Origin: Basidiobolus meristosporus CBS 931.73
Taxonomy: Eukaryota > Fungi > Basidiobolomycota
Direction: 5' to 3'
Length of the DNA stretch: 64,000 bases
Assembly (NCBI GenBank): GCA_002104905.1
Contig: MCFE01000100.1
Coordinates: 1 to 64,000, forward strand
Shown here: positions 1-12,070 of the stretch, piece after piece
Layout of the letters: each line of letters opens with the position of its first letter
Numbering within the stretch: position 1 is the first letter of the stretch
Translations under genes and position numbers: made by a program
The notes under the pieces: generated by a model
Databases searched by the model: none
Seen by the model: only the letters and a program-made list of their open reading frames with translations
Told to the model about the DNA's origin: nothing

Positions 1-3000
1 GAAGAAAATGCTTTAATAAGCAATGATAACCAACAAAGGAGGTACCCAAGACCCTACAAAGGCAACAGCAACCTATCTTGCAACTACTGCAAAAGGAAAG
101 GACACACATCAGACCGGTGTCTCAAAAAGAAAGATAATCGGCAAAAGAAGCCTGAATATGGAAATGCTGCAACAACTGAAGATAGACTATTCATATCTGC
201 ACTAAATATGACCACAAACAAGGATTCTCAGACGTGATATATTGACTCTGGAGCTTCTCAACTCTTTACACACCAAAAAGAACTTTTTACCCAATATCAA
301 GAAATTCCAATTAAGAAGGTTTTCATGGGTGACAATAGAACACTTGATGCAGTGGGAGAAGGAACTATCCAAGTAAACCTTAGAAGCAGTGAAGGAAGCC
401 ATACACTGACCTCTAAAGAAGTACTCTATGTACCAGAAATAGCCAAGAACCTACTCTCTGTAAGCAAGGCCACAGCAGAAGGACTCAGTTTCAGTTTTGA
501 CAATTCTGGATGCAGGATCACTGATCAAAATGGTGCCCATATTGCTTTGGGCATCAGAGATCAGAATCTATACAAGTTGACTTATATTCCATCATATTTG
601 GAAGCCAATATAAGTAACTTAAATGAAGAAACACCAATGCTTTGGCACAGGAGATTTGGACACATCAATTTTGATTATTTGCGCAAAATGATCAAAGATC
701 AGCTAATTTCTGGAGTGAAAATTGATCCCCCAGCTAATTTGGAGCACTGTGAAGCCTGCATATATGGGAAACAAGCCAGACAACTGTTCAAGAGCTCTGG
801 GTTAATCAAAACTAAGAAAAAATTAGATCTAATTCACTCAGATCTGTGTGGACCTATGCAAAATTTATCCTTAGGCGGGATGAAGTATTTAATCACTTTT
901 ATTGATGATTATACAAGATACACATGGGTCTACTTCATAGAGAGAAAGGAAGAAGCTCTGTCTAAGTTCAGGGAGTTTAAAGCCATGGTGGAGAGTGAAA
1001 CTGGTGAAAAAACCAAGAAAATATGCTCTGACAATGGTGGAGAATATACCTCAAAACTCTTCATCCACTTCTGCAAAATTCATGGGATAAAGCAAGAGAC
1101 TACTGTACCATACTCCCCACAGCAAAATGGAGTAGCAGAACGAGCTAACAGATCACTAATTGATATGGCAAGATCTATGATCCATGATCAAAAATTATCC
1201 TATGATTTTTGGGCGGAATCAGTTGCCACTGCTGTATACCTTAAAAATAGGAGTTATAACAGAATACTTCATGATTCTACTCCATTTGACGCATGGTATG
1301 GATACAGACCAAGTGCAGAACATCTAAGAATATTTGGGTGTACAGCATATGCAAAAAAACTGGCCGGAAATCAGTCAAAATTTGAGCCAAAAAGTGTAAA
1401 ATGCATATTTTTGGGCTACTGCAATGAAAGTAAGGCATACAGACTCTACAATACCAAAGCAAAGAAGCTGATCAAGTCCAGGGATGTGTTGTTTGATGAA
1501 AATTCAAAATTTTCACAAAAAATGACATCAGATGATGACAAAAATTTGATATCAAGTCCACCAATTGTCAGGATTGAATCAGAGCAAAACAATGAAAATT
1601 TTTTCACTCCAGAGGACTCTACAACCGTGGTTCAGCCAGAATCAGTGCCCAGGAATATCCCAGAAGTGATCATTCCAGTATTAAATGCCCGGAGATCCAA
1701 TTGGACAAGAAATAGCCCAAATTACTATATCAATGAGGGTACAAACTTAGCCTATGCCTATTCAGTCCATGTTGATGTACCCTAGACTGTAAAAGAGGCC
1801 CTAAATAGCCCTCAGACAAAGTTTTGAAGATCTGCAATGACTGAGGAATATCAGGCCCTGATGGAAAATCAAACATGGGACTTAGTCAAATTACCAATCA
1901 ACCAAAAATCAATTGGATGCAGATGGGTCTTCAAGACAAAATACAAGGCTGATGGTACAATTGAAAGATACAAAGCAAGACTTGTAGCCAAAGGATACTC
2001 TCAAACAAAAGGACTTGACTATACTGAGACCTTTGCACCGGTAGCCAAGTTTAATTCCATCAGATTAATATTGGCTATTGCAGCCAAATATAAGTTTTTT
2101 ATTCATCAAATGGATGTAAAAACGGCATTTTTGAATGGAGAACTTTATGAGGATGTGTATATGGACCAGCCTGATGGGCTTGCTGACCAAGATAACCCCC
2201 ATTTGGTCTGCAAGCTTAAAAAGTCACTATATGGTCTCAAACAATCACCAAGAGCCTGGAGTTGCAAGATAGATTCTTATTTGGAATCTCTGAGTTTCAA
2301 AAGAAGTAATGCTGACTATAGTATATAATATAAGCCAGATAGAGCAAATCCAGCTCTATTAGCTCTATATGTGGATGATCTTATTATAGCTGCCAATAGT
2401 CTAGAAACATTGGAAGAGACTAAATCCAGCCTATCTAAGGAGTTCAAGATGTCCGATCTAGGAGAACTTAGTTACTACTTAGGGATTAAGTTCTCCATAG
2501 ACAGAAGTACCCAAACTATCACCCTAAGTCAATCCAAGTATATTCAAGATGTACTAAAGAAGTACCAAATGGAAGACTGTAAATCAGCAGCTACCCTAAT
2601 GGAGACAAACCTTAACTTGGTCAAAACTCAACCAAATCAAGAGCTTGGTGCCATCTGAAAGCCCTGACTTTCCTTATCAATCTATGATTGGCAGTCTGAT
2701 GTATATCATGCTTGGAACATGTCCAGATATCTCATATTCAGTGGGAGTTGTCAGCCAACATAATCAGAACTATGGATCTGATCATATTGCAGCAGTTAAG
2801 CGGATTTTTAGATACCTAATAGGAACTGCTGATATTTGCTTAAGATACACTTATAGGGACTCATAACTAGATATTGTGGGATACTCTGATGCAGATTGGG
2901 GATGAAATTTGGAAGACAGAAGATCCACCACAGGATACACCTTTCTTTACTGTAAAGGAGCAATTTCATGGAATTCAAGAAAGCAACCAACCGTAGCACT

Positions 3001-3346
3001 TTCTACCACAGAGGCAGAGTATATGGCAGCCTGTGAAGCTACAAAAGAAGCAATGTGGCTAAGAAAACTTTTTACAGATTTAGGCCTATGTCAAAAAATG
3101 CCTATTACTTTATTTCAAGATAATCAAGGATGTATACAATTAGGTAGAAATCCAACTTTTTATGCTAGAACCAAGCACATAGATATTAGACATCATTTCA
3201 TATGTGAAGCTATAGAGAATAGCTTAGTTAGCTTAGCTTACTGTCCTACATATGAAATGATTGCAGACATATTTACCAAACCATTAGCTAGAGACAAGTT
3301 TGAATATCTTAGGTCAAAATTAGGACTAGTCAGAATGAAAATTTAG
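1..3346 (+). mobile_element. Ty1/copia LTR retrotransposon gag-pol, pseudogenised (5' end lies outside the window)
   Basis: One frame carries a CCHC knuckle (CNYCKRKGHTSDRC, 79-120), protease motif *YIDSGAS, integrase HHCC (WHRRFGH..CEAC) and DDE (HSDLCGP, SDNGGEY, NGVAER), RT YVDD (2368-2379) and RNase H ([22 protein letters not shown]) in copia order. In-frame stops at 235, 1783, 1825, 2326, 2864 and 2903, plus a frameshift near 2645-2655. Confidence 0.97.
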
Positions 3347-3653
3347 CTGAATGGGAGTGTTGTAAAATTTGTATTTCTGCCTAAATATTCCCCTAACTTA
3401 GTCACTTAGATCATTACCTTCATATCATAGAGGATACTGACCAAAATCCTTGTTGGGATTTACTTAGAATATTTTCACCAAAATAACAGGTACCCAGAAC
3501 ATGAAAATTCTCAAAGTTGTCCAAACAGCCCCAAACTTTGCACACATGTTCTTGGGACCTTCCTTAGCCTACTCTATGTGTTTGTAATGCCAAGTCCAGG
3601 TAAAAGTATAAATACTACTTTTATATTCAATAAATCATTAAGTGAAAACCACA
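3347..3653 (+). repeat. Probable polypurine tract and 3' LTR of the copia element
   Basis: Purine-rich GAATGGGAG directly after the pol stop, then TGTTG at 3358; TATAAA and AATAAA near 3608-3634; a possible end at ..AACCACA (3653). The right boundary is unconfirmed because no second LTR is in the window. Confidence 0.5.
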
Positions 3654-3659
3654 TAATCT

Positions 3660-4280
3660 ACTTGTCCTCCCAATCACTTCCAATATCTCCAAGACTCTTA
3701 CAACAGTTTCTTTGTTTGTAGTTACATCACTACTAGCTCTATTTGATTTCTTTTCAGGTGCTCTACCACTGGAGGCTGACTTCCATGTAATACTGTTCTT
3801 AAAGAGCAAACCTCCTCTATGTTTACAGAGATTTGCATAACAATCTGGTACTCTTTGGCTCACATCTTGATATGTATTATCTTGGCTGATTGTTTTCTAT
3901 CTTCAGAATGTCAATATGAACCTTATTTATACTACTTTATTAAACTTTTAATCACTGAATAACGCCAAAGTCTACTTTGCTTCATATGAAACTGGCTAAC
4001 CCTGCTTATTATAGATATTTCTTTATTTTCTAGTCTACTCTGACTGATACTCCAACAATTTCAAATATTTGCTTTAATCTGAGCTATTATCACCGCTACT
4101 TTAAGCCAACTTTATTCTTAATATATTACTCCTCATTCAATTGTAAATTTTTCAATGTCAATTGCTGATTCATCTATCTGCAAACTATCTGATGTATCTA
4201 CAGTATGATAATTATTATATTAGCTATCCCTCTGCTACCCAGAAGTATAATAAATACTTTATCAACCACTCTGTTATATA
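3660..4280 (-). pseudogene. Highly degenerate coding relic, probably transposon-derived
   Basis: AT-rich. The minus-strand frame reads DTSDSLQIDESAIDIEKFTIE*GVIY*E*SWLK, protein-like but broken by stops. Family not assigned. Confidence 0.3.
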
Positions 4281-4420
4281 TAAATCACTCCAATCATAAT
4301 TGTTGAACATGGTTATGATTTTCTGAAGCAGTTAAGCACTGCACACTTGTTTTTTTTTCAACTCTTGTAACACCCAATCATTTGATTTAGCTGTCAAAGA
4401 GGCATAATCACCAAACTAAT

Positions 4421-4453
4421 TTGTTGGTTGATTCTGGAGTTACATATACAATG
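4421..4453 (+). pseudogene. Degenerate retroelement aspartic-protease motif fragment
   Basis: Reads LLVDSGVTYTM, resembling the copia W(L/I)xDSGATxHM motif, inside AT-rich debris. Confidence 0.3.
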
Positions 4454-5381
4454 CAGATTAGATGTGCTCTCAATTTTCCATTTGTTCATGGTGCAAGATT
4501 TCTTGTACACTTGAATGCCACATGGTTGTTACTCTGCAACATGTGTTTTGTGTAGCTGGTATATCTATAAAAAATAATATGATATTCTCCAGGCTGTGTA
4601 TGAGGCGCAGGTTAAATGTGTTACAAGTATGTAATTCTACCAACTTATATTATCATGCTCTGGATATTAAAAATATTATAATTATTATATATTATGCGGT
4701 CATTTTTCACTATAAAATCATAGGAAATATTTTTAAATTGGGCTACTGGGATTTAGCTTGATTCATCAATCCATGAGTAACATTAGTCACGCTCAATATA
4801 TGTTGCCCAAAAGTAATAATGACCACTACTTAACAGAATAACTATTGTTTTATTTATTATAACTTTTTATGATATTTTCAATAAATAAACATTGTTCTTC
4901 TTAATATATTTATTTTCAAATTTTCAAATATGAAATACTTTTATTAGTAGATATATTAAGAGGTTTACAAATTGCTTGTATTCTAAATATTTAAAAAAAA
5001 TAATATTGAAGAGTGCAAAAAAGGTAATTAGGCTATGAACATCAGAGAGTTCCTTATTTTTGTAATAAATTTTATCATGACATATATAACTTTATTAAGA
5101 AATATTTAACTTGCTATATAATGATACATGTCTTAAGTAAGTTATAACATATATAAATATGCATTAGCAAAGAGCTAGACTTTAGCAATGATATATAGTA
5201 TGTCTATATATTTGGTCTAAAATTTATAGGATAATTGATTTTCAATTTTCTTATTTCAATATTGATAAAGGGCTAAAAGGATAACAATCAAGGGTGAGAT
5301 AGTAAGAATACTCAGTGAGCAAAGAATAAGTTTCAATATTTATGGTGATTTGAATGAAAAATGAAAAATGAAAAAAAAGTG

Positions 5382-5580
5382 TTTAGGGTTAGGAAGGGTT
5401 AGGATAAAATTAAACTAAGGAAAACAGAGGAAATTGAAAGGAATCTTAATACAGAAAGAGCAGTATGGGGGATTGCATCCCCCAAACCCCCTGCTTATTT
5501 TGTTATCTGGGAGACTGCGTCCCCCAGACCCCCTGCTTTCTTACCCTTTGTAGCCCTTACCACAACTCCTATACCCTAAA
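5382..5580. repeat. About 200-bp fold-back element with telomere-like ends and two internal GC hairpin units
   Basis: Left end TTTAGGGTTAGGA; right end TCCTATACCCTAAA (imperfect inverted repeat). Internal direct repeat at 42-bp spacing: GGGGGATTGCATCCCCCAAACCCCCTGCTT (5467) and GGGAGACTGCGTCCCCCAGACCCCCTGCTT (5509). Confidence 0.6.
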
Positions 5581-6487
5581 TCATAAAATATGGATAACCA
5601 GGATCAATACTCACTATTGGTCAAGTAATATCCTCCTATTTGAATGTTGAAGGCCTTGGTCTCAACGGACAATCTATGTTATGATTGATGTCGACGCTTG
5701 GTAACCATGGATTTTCCTAATCCTAACAATCATATTGAATCAGTGCGCAATTGCATTAACTCCCTACTCCGAGTTTTGATTAGTGTAACAGCTGTGTTGT
5801 TGAGCAAGGAAAATTTCTGAGGCTACACCTTCCCGTCACTAATTAATCTCTTATAATGTCATAAATATACATCGTTATGTATTGAAATCTGAAGCTCTTC
5901 AGGAAAAATTCCTTATAAGCGGCAAGTTCACCAGATGTAAGGACACAACAAGAAGGGCCTCAACGCCCATTTCCTCCTACGTATTCCCCAAATACCGTCA
6001 CGTAACAATAATGAATATGATGGTTTAGAGTAGGTGGGGATCTTGTGACTTTCGCCTTGATAAAAATCGTTAGTTGATTTACATTATTTTGCTGAGAATA
6101 ATAATGGAACGGTATCCACAACCCTAGTTATCACATGACTAATAGACTGCAAAAGCTTGTGCTGTGTTACCATCGCTCTTCACTTTTCAAGGGAAGATTT
6201 CTCGGAATAGCTTTAACAGGATACAACTGCTGGTGGACACAACTGAAAGAGTTGCCAAGTTGGGCCATAAGTATGTTTGCCACTGCAGCTCCAAGTTAAA
6301 CGCTATCATATCCGACAATGCGCTTACCAAGCAAGCTTAAACCTACGTTCATTGGATAATGTTATAGGTGAGTTCTGGAAGGTCCTAGGATGATGTGTGG
6401 AGTAAGATATCACCCAGTATCAACTTCAATATGATACAACCACTAATCATTCATGCTTGGTTTATTGTTGGTGTAAATGCGACAAGC

Positions 6488-7378
6488 TTATAGAAAATGG
6501 GACTTGTTCTGTTGCAACCACTCTTCAAATGACTCAGGCTTTCTCCCCAATAGAATCGATAGGCCTGGAGTAAACCCAGGCTCATCAGTAAAGGAAGCAA
6601 CACAGTATGCTATATTGTGAGGCATCCCTATGCTGATGAACATATTGTATGTGGTCTCAGGGTCCACCTGAGTGTGGGTAATGGGCTTGCCAAGAACCTT
6701 GGTGAAGATTTTTGCGCGCTCATCCTGGGTGAGAACCTCGCTGGCCAGCTCATAGACTGCATCAAAATGCTTCTCAATTGGATCTTGCAAAACAATCGAT
6801 GCTAGATCGGCGATATCTCTGATGGAAATCCAGGACCTCCTTGAGCTACCCGGCATCGGGCTAGAAAACATACTCTTACTTTGGATACTAGGCTTTTCTT
6901 GCCAAAGATGGTTGGTGAAAAATGAAGTTGGACGTAGCGCTACGTACGAGCGTCGATTTGGGATAGCGAGGATGGCTTCTTCGGCTCGGCGGTGCACATC
7001 GCCAATAAAATTTGAACGCCAGGGCGAGCGAATTGTCATCGACGAGAGGTGCACTATTTGTGACACACCCGCCTCATAGGCCAGCTTCGCAAAAGCCGTG
7101 GCAAGGCGTTGCATATTTTGAAGATCCGACAGAAGAAGGAATAATCTGGCATGCCCTTGAATGGTTTTTGAGTAGGGCTCCAAGTTATCATAATCCCCTT
7201 GAACTACAGTCAATGACTTTGAATCTCCAAACAGCTCCTTTACCTTCTCAGCATTACGAGCAAACACTGTTGTCTTGATATCCTTGGACAAAAGGGTCTT
7301 TACCACCTGTTGGCCAATGTTGCCGGTAGCTCCAATTACTAAGAAATCCAAGTTAAGAAATCTAGTATACATGGCCAA
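6488..7378 (-). CDS. NmrA-like atypical SDR NAD(P)-binding protein, intronless
   Basis: 296-aa ORF with Rossmann motif VIGATGNIG, TVFARN, VHLSS, H..AEEAI, LRPTSF, WISIRDIA, typical of the NmrA/SDR_a5 class. Confidence 0.9.
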   Translation of the reverse strand: MAMYTRFLNLDFLVIGATGNIGQQVVKTLLSKDIKTTVFARNAEKVKELFGDSKSLTVVQGDYDNLEPYSKTIQGHARLFLLLSDLQNMQRLATAFAKLAYEAGVSQIVHLSSMTIRSPWRSNFIGDVHRRAEEAILAIPNRRSYVALRPTSFFTNHLWQEKPSIQSKSMFSSPMPGSSRRSWISIRDIADLASIVLQDPIEKHFDAVYELASEVLTQDERAKIFTKVLGKPITHTQVDPETTYNMFISIGMPHNIAYCVASFTDEPGFTPGLSILLGRKPESFEEWLQQNKSHFL

Positions 7379-8500
7379 ACCCTTTTAACTTACCATATAT
7401 TCTTTCCATTATTGTCTGAGATACTTGACAGTCTGGTGCCTCTTTTATAACTAGCGGTACATGTCCGGGTAATCGGGCTACGTAATTGTCCATTTACTCG
7501 CTAAATTTACTAATATGGAGGAAATTCCTCACTAAGTTCTTAGGCCATCCAGTCCATATGATTAGTGATCAGAGGCGTTCAATGAAGTCAGGCAATGCTG
7601 AGAACTACGCATCACAATGCTTGAGGAAATCAGATTAGACGAAACGTTCATGATCTGGCGCATTATAGGATCGAGATACCAGTATAGCTCCTTCAGCCAA
7701 CCAGGTTTTGATGCGCAGGTTGTGATGCGAATCAACCATTACAACCGCAGTATTTAGCTTTGGAATGACCCCTCACGTGCATGCGGGCCAGTCATATCGT
7801 TCCATCATGAATAGTAATCTAATGCGTAGATAGAATCTCATAAACACTATTCCCTTAGAATGACTGTGTAGATCAGACTAATGCCACATCATGCTAGGAA
7901 TATAGATCAGCCAGTATATTTTATGTGCATGAATCGACTGGACTATACTTAGCTCATGTAACTTAAAAGCACCACAGATATACATATATATTAGCATATC
8001 CTACACGCAAGGTTGACATGTGTTTTTCGCGGTATATATACAATCTAACGTTACAATACAGCTTTCTAAAGTAAATTTCAGACATCAACATCACACGTAC
8101 ACGTGTAAGTTACGTTATCATCAGGTTTAGCTATGAAAGGGTGCTAAAAAGGGTGCTGTATCCTAAGGATGGTTTGGCTCCAGGAACCACATGGGCAAAT
8201 CAATCGGCAATTGAAAATGGAACTTGACTAATATGGTTAGCAACGAGAATCACGATCGCGCTCACTTTACCGGGAAAAGAGGATTTCGACTTCATTAGCA
8301 TCAACAATTTTGTGATTTACAGCAACCTTTCCTAATCTTCACTCTCACGACGACCATTGATAATTATGGTAATGAGATAAGAATTCAGCCCCGACCATTT
8401 TGGAAGTAGATAACTAGTAGTGTTTGTTGGCTAAAAACAAAGGTTCTGTATAAATACGCGATTTGCTTTGGCTTTGTTAACTCCATCTGCCTTGAAGACG

Positions 8501-9268
8501 ATGTCCACATTCAAAGTATTCACCTCCATCCTCGCTCTTCTTGCCGCTGCCAATGCTGCTCCGGTTGAAGAAAGCTTGACACACACCCTCGTCTTCAAAA
8601 ACCAATGTTCACAGAACGTTTGGTTAGCTTCGTCCACTACTTGGGACAATTCGCCCCTTCCTCCCAATGGAGGCCTCTTAACTCCTGGTGAGACATTCAC
8701 CATGGTAGTTGTAGATCATTGGCAAGGTCGCTTCTGGGGCCGAACTGAGTGCGATTTTGAACATAAAAACATGACCACGAATACTGCCTGCGTTACCGGT
8801 GACTGTGGCTCGGGTGAACAATATTGTGGATATATTTCTGGAAGACCACCGGCTTCGTTGGCTGAATTCACCTTTAACGGCTGGGCTGACCTTGACTTCT
8901 ATGACGTTTCCCTCGTGGACGGATACAATCTGCCGATATCCATTCAGCCCCACTCGAAGGTTAATAACTGGGGCAACCCATACTCCTGCGGCAGTCCCAC
9001 CGTTGAAAAAAACATCAACCTTATCTGCCCTGGCCCACTTCAGATTCGTGATCATGATGGCAATGTGGTTGGTTGCAAATCGGCTTGCAGCGCCTTTGGA
9101 CTGCCTCAATACTGCTGCACTGGCGCTTATGACACCGCCAAAACCTGCCATCCCTCGTACTATTCCAAACTGTTCAAGGCTGCCTGCCCCTTCTGCTACA
9201 GCTACGCTTACGACGATGCTACTTCGATCTTCACTTGCCGTGGAGATTACACTATCCAATTTTGCTAA
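8501..9268 (+). CDS. Secreted thaumatin-like protein (PR-5 family), intronless
   Basis: ATG at 8501, signal peptide MSTFKVFTSILALLAAANA, motifs GRFWGRT.C, C.TGDC, AEFT, DFYDVSLVDGYN, CKSAC, YCC, YSYAYDD, FTC; 16 Cys. Confidence 0.96.
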   Translation: MSTFKVFTSILALLAAANAAPVEESLTHTLVFKNQCSQNVWLASSTTWDNSPLPPNGGLLTPGETFTMVVVDHWQGRFWGRTECDFEHKNMTTNTACVTGDCGSGEQYCGYISGRPPASLAEFTFNGWADLDFYDVSLVDGYNLPISIQPHSKVNNWGNPYSCGSPTVEKNINLICPGPLQIRDHDGNVVGCKSACSAFGLPQYCCTGAYDTAKTCHPSYYSKLFKAACPFCYSYAYDDATSIFTCRGDYTIQFC

Positions 9269-9433
9269 TATTTACCTTAATTCGCTAATCTAATCCAAGT
9301 AACTTGTGTGTATTATAATAAACCTAATAATAACATTTTATACCCATTTATGCGCTGATAATGATTTGAACGTTTATTATATAACATATGAGGGGGTAAG
9401 ACTAATTTGTGCAAGAGGCCAAGTAGTGTTGGT

Positions 9434-11077
9434 CTATTCTTCCTTTTTTACAGAATCTTCGTACACAACCTCGGTAGGATTAGCTTTCATCGATTCAACC
9501 TCCATACCACCTGACAAGACACCAACTCTCATACGAGAGAGCTGGTTTCTTGCAGCGTTGGAGTGATTGTACACACCGCCGTTGAAGGCGGCAGTCATAT
9601 CTCTGCCAATACCATACTTGATGTAAGACTCACCGCCTGGATGTTCACTCATGAATTCGGCCACATCGTAGAGGATGCCTTCAACGAGGATCCATTTCTG
9701 GCCCTTGTTGGTAATTGCATCTTGGTCTATATCAATGGTAATCAGCCAGGGCTAAGCTACAGGAAGGAGTCGTTGCTACTTACATTCATCCCAGGACACA
9801 ACGGCCAACTCCTTTAAAGGTTTGCCCCATTTGACATCTCTCTTCATCTGATCGAGCTTCTTTTGGGTCATGTGGATCTTGCCCTTCTTGATTTCATTTT
9901 CTGGGCACTCCTTCAGGTCGTAGGCCAATCCAACGGCGGCCAAACCGCGGATGAGCCACTTGGTAGGATCATATTGGTAGAACTTGAGAGCGTTGCGGTA
10001 ATCTGATTAGCAGTTGCGGTTAGAGTCAGCAACACTGGTTCTCCTGTCAAACCCATGCTTACCTTGAGGGAACTCGTGGTGGAAATTGTGATAGCCTTCT
10101 CCCATGGTGACCAAGGCAGTGATGACGTTGTCTCTTGGAGTATGGGCGTCGTCAAAGGAAGCACTTCCTATATGGGGAATCACAAGTTAGCGATAAAGCT
10201 CAGAGATTAACGGGGCTCCCAGTACGTACCGAGCCAATGAGCAAGTGAGTTGATGCAGAAGGTGGCATGATGGCAGAGAACCATACGAACAACACCAGCG
10301 TAGAAGTATCCACCCTACATGATGTCAATGTTGAGTTTCACGCGACACGGACATAAAACTCTCGCTCTACATACCCTCCAATCTCCCCATCCGAGGCCAG
10401 CTACGACCCAAGGGAAAACAATTCCCATGCCAACAGCAAACCAGGGGTAGTGAACATGCTGGAACTGAACAATCTTGTTGGCCTTCAAGTCGGCGATGTC
10501 GGCACGGCCGATGCGGCTGTTGGATCTCTTGAAGATCATCCAACCCAAATGGGCGTACCAGAAGCCACGGTGGGAGTTGTAAGGGTCCTTGTCAGTGTCA
10601 GTGTAGCGGTGATGGGCACGATGACCACGAGCCCACCAGTTGATGGATCCTTGGACAGCGCCACCACCGGTGAAGGCAATGATCCATTGCAACAATGGGG
10701 AAGCACTAAAGGCTCTGTGAGAGAAGTAACGGTGATAACCTAGATCAACAAGTTAGCACCGCGCGGGCCGTACTCATCTCAGAATAGAACTTACCAGCAG
10801 TGATGCTAATTCCGGTGATGAAGTAATAAATAATCGTCCAAATCAAGGTTTTTCTGACCAGTTCGGTGGTTAGAATTCCATAGATGGCCACCAAAGGACT
10901 GATGACAAGAATGGGGGCATTCACCCAGTCAACATGCTTGTACCAGTTCTGTAGGGTAGGCTGCTCATCAAAGAGGGGGGGTAGCTGCAACTCTTCCTTT
11001 GTGGGAGGATTCTTGGGTTTCTCAGAGTTGGTGAGATACTGAGGCTCAGTGAGAGTCACAGTGGAGTTTAGCGACAT
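9434..11077 (-). CDS. OLE1: Delta-9 fatty acid (stearoyl-CoA) desaturase with C-terminal cytochrome b5 domain
   Basis: Six exons (11077-10795, 10739-10375, 10314-10230, 10167-10063, 10002-9784, 9726-9434) joined by GT-AG introns. His boxes HRYFSH, HRAHH and HNFHH; b5 motif HPGG. Confidence 0.97.
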
Positions 11078-12070
11078 GGTTGTGACAAAAAGAAGGGCTG
11101 TCTGCTCAGATTGTTCGCAAAAGAGAGAATAACGATTCTTTCGTTAACAACAATGCAAAAGAAGAGTAAGGCAACGCAATGAGTTGAAAGCCACAACCTT
11201 GCTTATATAGGTCAAACTCGGAACGCTTCCGAAGAAGAGGGTTCAGATAGTATCCGTGAACCCAATTGGATAGATATTGCCGTTCCTGCGGCTAATTACA
11301 TTTTCACTGAAGAGATTAGCTTTACTGCTTCCCCCAACATTTACAATCTTGTGTCCTTCCACCATCATCAATTTGACACGTTGATGTTACACAGAATGAT
11401 GAACAGATGGAAAGAATGGTGGAACCTACCCGTGACTAAACGTGAGCGTTTTATTCGACGCAGATTGGCCAGATAGCTCAACTTAGCCTATTCAAGTACA
11501 TGGACCTTCCAATTATGGATGGAGACCACCCACTATTTATCAGCTCCAAGCAATCCAATTCTGCTATGTAGATGATTCTCCTTAGCTCCAGCAACCTGCA
11601 CAAAATTATCGGAGTGGGGGTAGATTGGGTGTTTTCGGATGAGGCGATAGCGGCTGTTTGGCAGGAGAGCTGGGGTATGACACTATGTGGGAAGTTTGAC
11701 AATTCCCCGGAATCTAGACCCAACTCTAACAAATATTTAGCTCTGCCATCTCTAGGGTTAGGGTTGGCGCTTCGTCGCTAACATGATAATCTCGATGGCT
11801 TAGTGCATGCGACCATTTCCTATAGTTTATGAATCAGGCAGATTGGGACAAAGCTCTTCTTTTTCCGCAATTTACCCTTCTCTCTAGTAGTGGGTGAGAA
11901 TAGTACGTAGGAGTTACACGGATGGGGCAATCCTTATTGTTATTTATCGCTCAGCCACCTCTTTATTTTAGCACCACAATAACTGCTATCCATTATTTAC
12001 ATCAAGATGGGTTGCGAGTGTGATTAGCTAGGATAGCATAACCCGATATGAATATGTAACATGACAACCC

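Noticed and set aside
235-1827. TGA at conserved Trp positions, suggesting UGA=Trp or selenocysteine recoding
   Set aside because: The same frame also has TAA/TAG stops and a frameshift, and the sister copy has TGG at the protease site. Simple decay explains it.
235-2905. RIP-like hypermutation of the copia element
   Set aside because: Only two of six stops fit CpA>TpA (CAG>TAG, CAA>TAA, inferred). Two are TGG>TGA and two appear to be transversions, so there is no clear RIP signature without a family consensus.
7774-8105. Two CACGTG E-boxes between the NmrA-like and thaumatin genes
   Set aside because: Generic bHLH sites with no functional link to suggest a particular regulon; left unannotated.
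8468-8500. ORF-track start of the thaumatin gene at 8468
   Set aside because: That is a TTG; the ATG at 8501 gives a clean signal peptide.
11752-11768. TAGGGTTAGGGTT and other isolated TTAGGG/CCCTAA motifs (e.g. near 13312, 16788, 59243) as telomere remnants
   Set aside because: One or two units only; expected by chance or as ordinary promoter telo-boxes.
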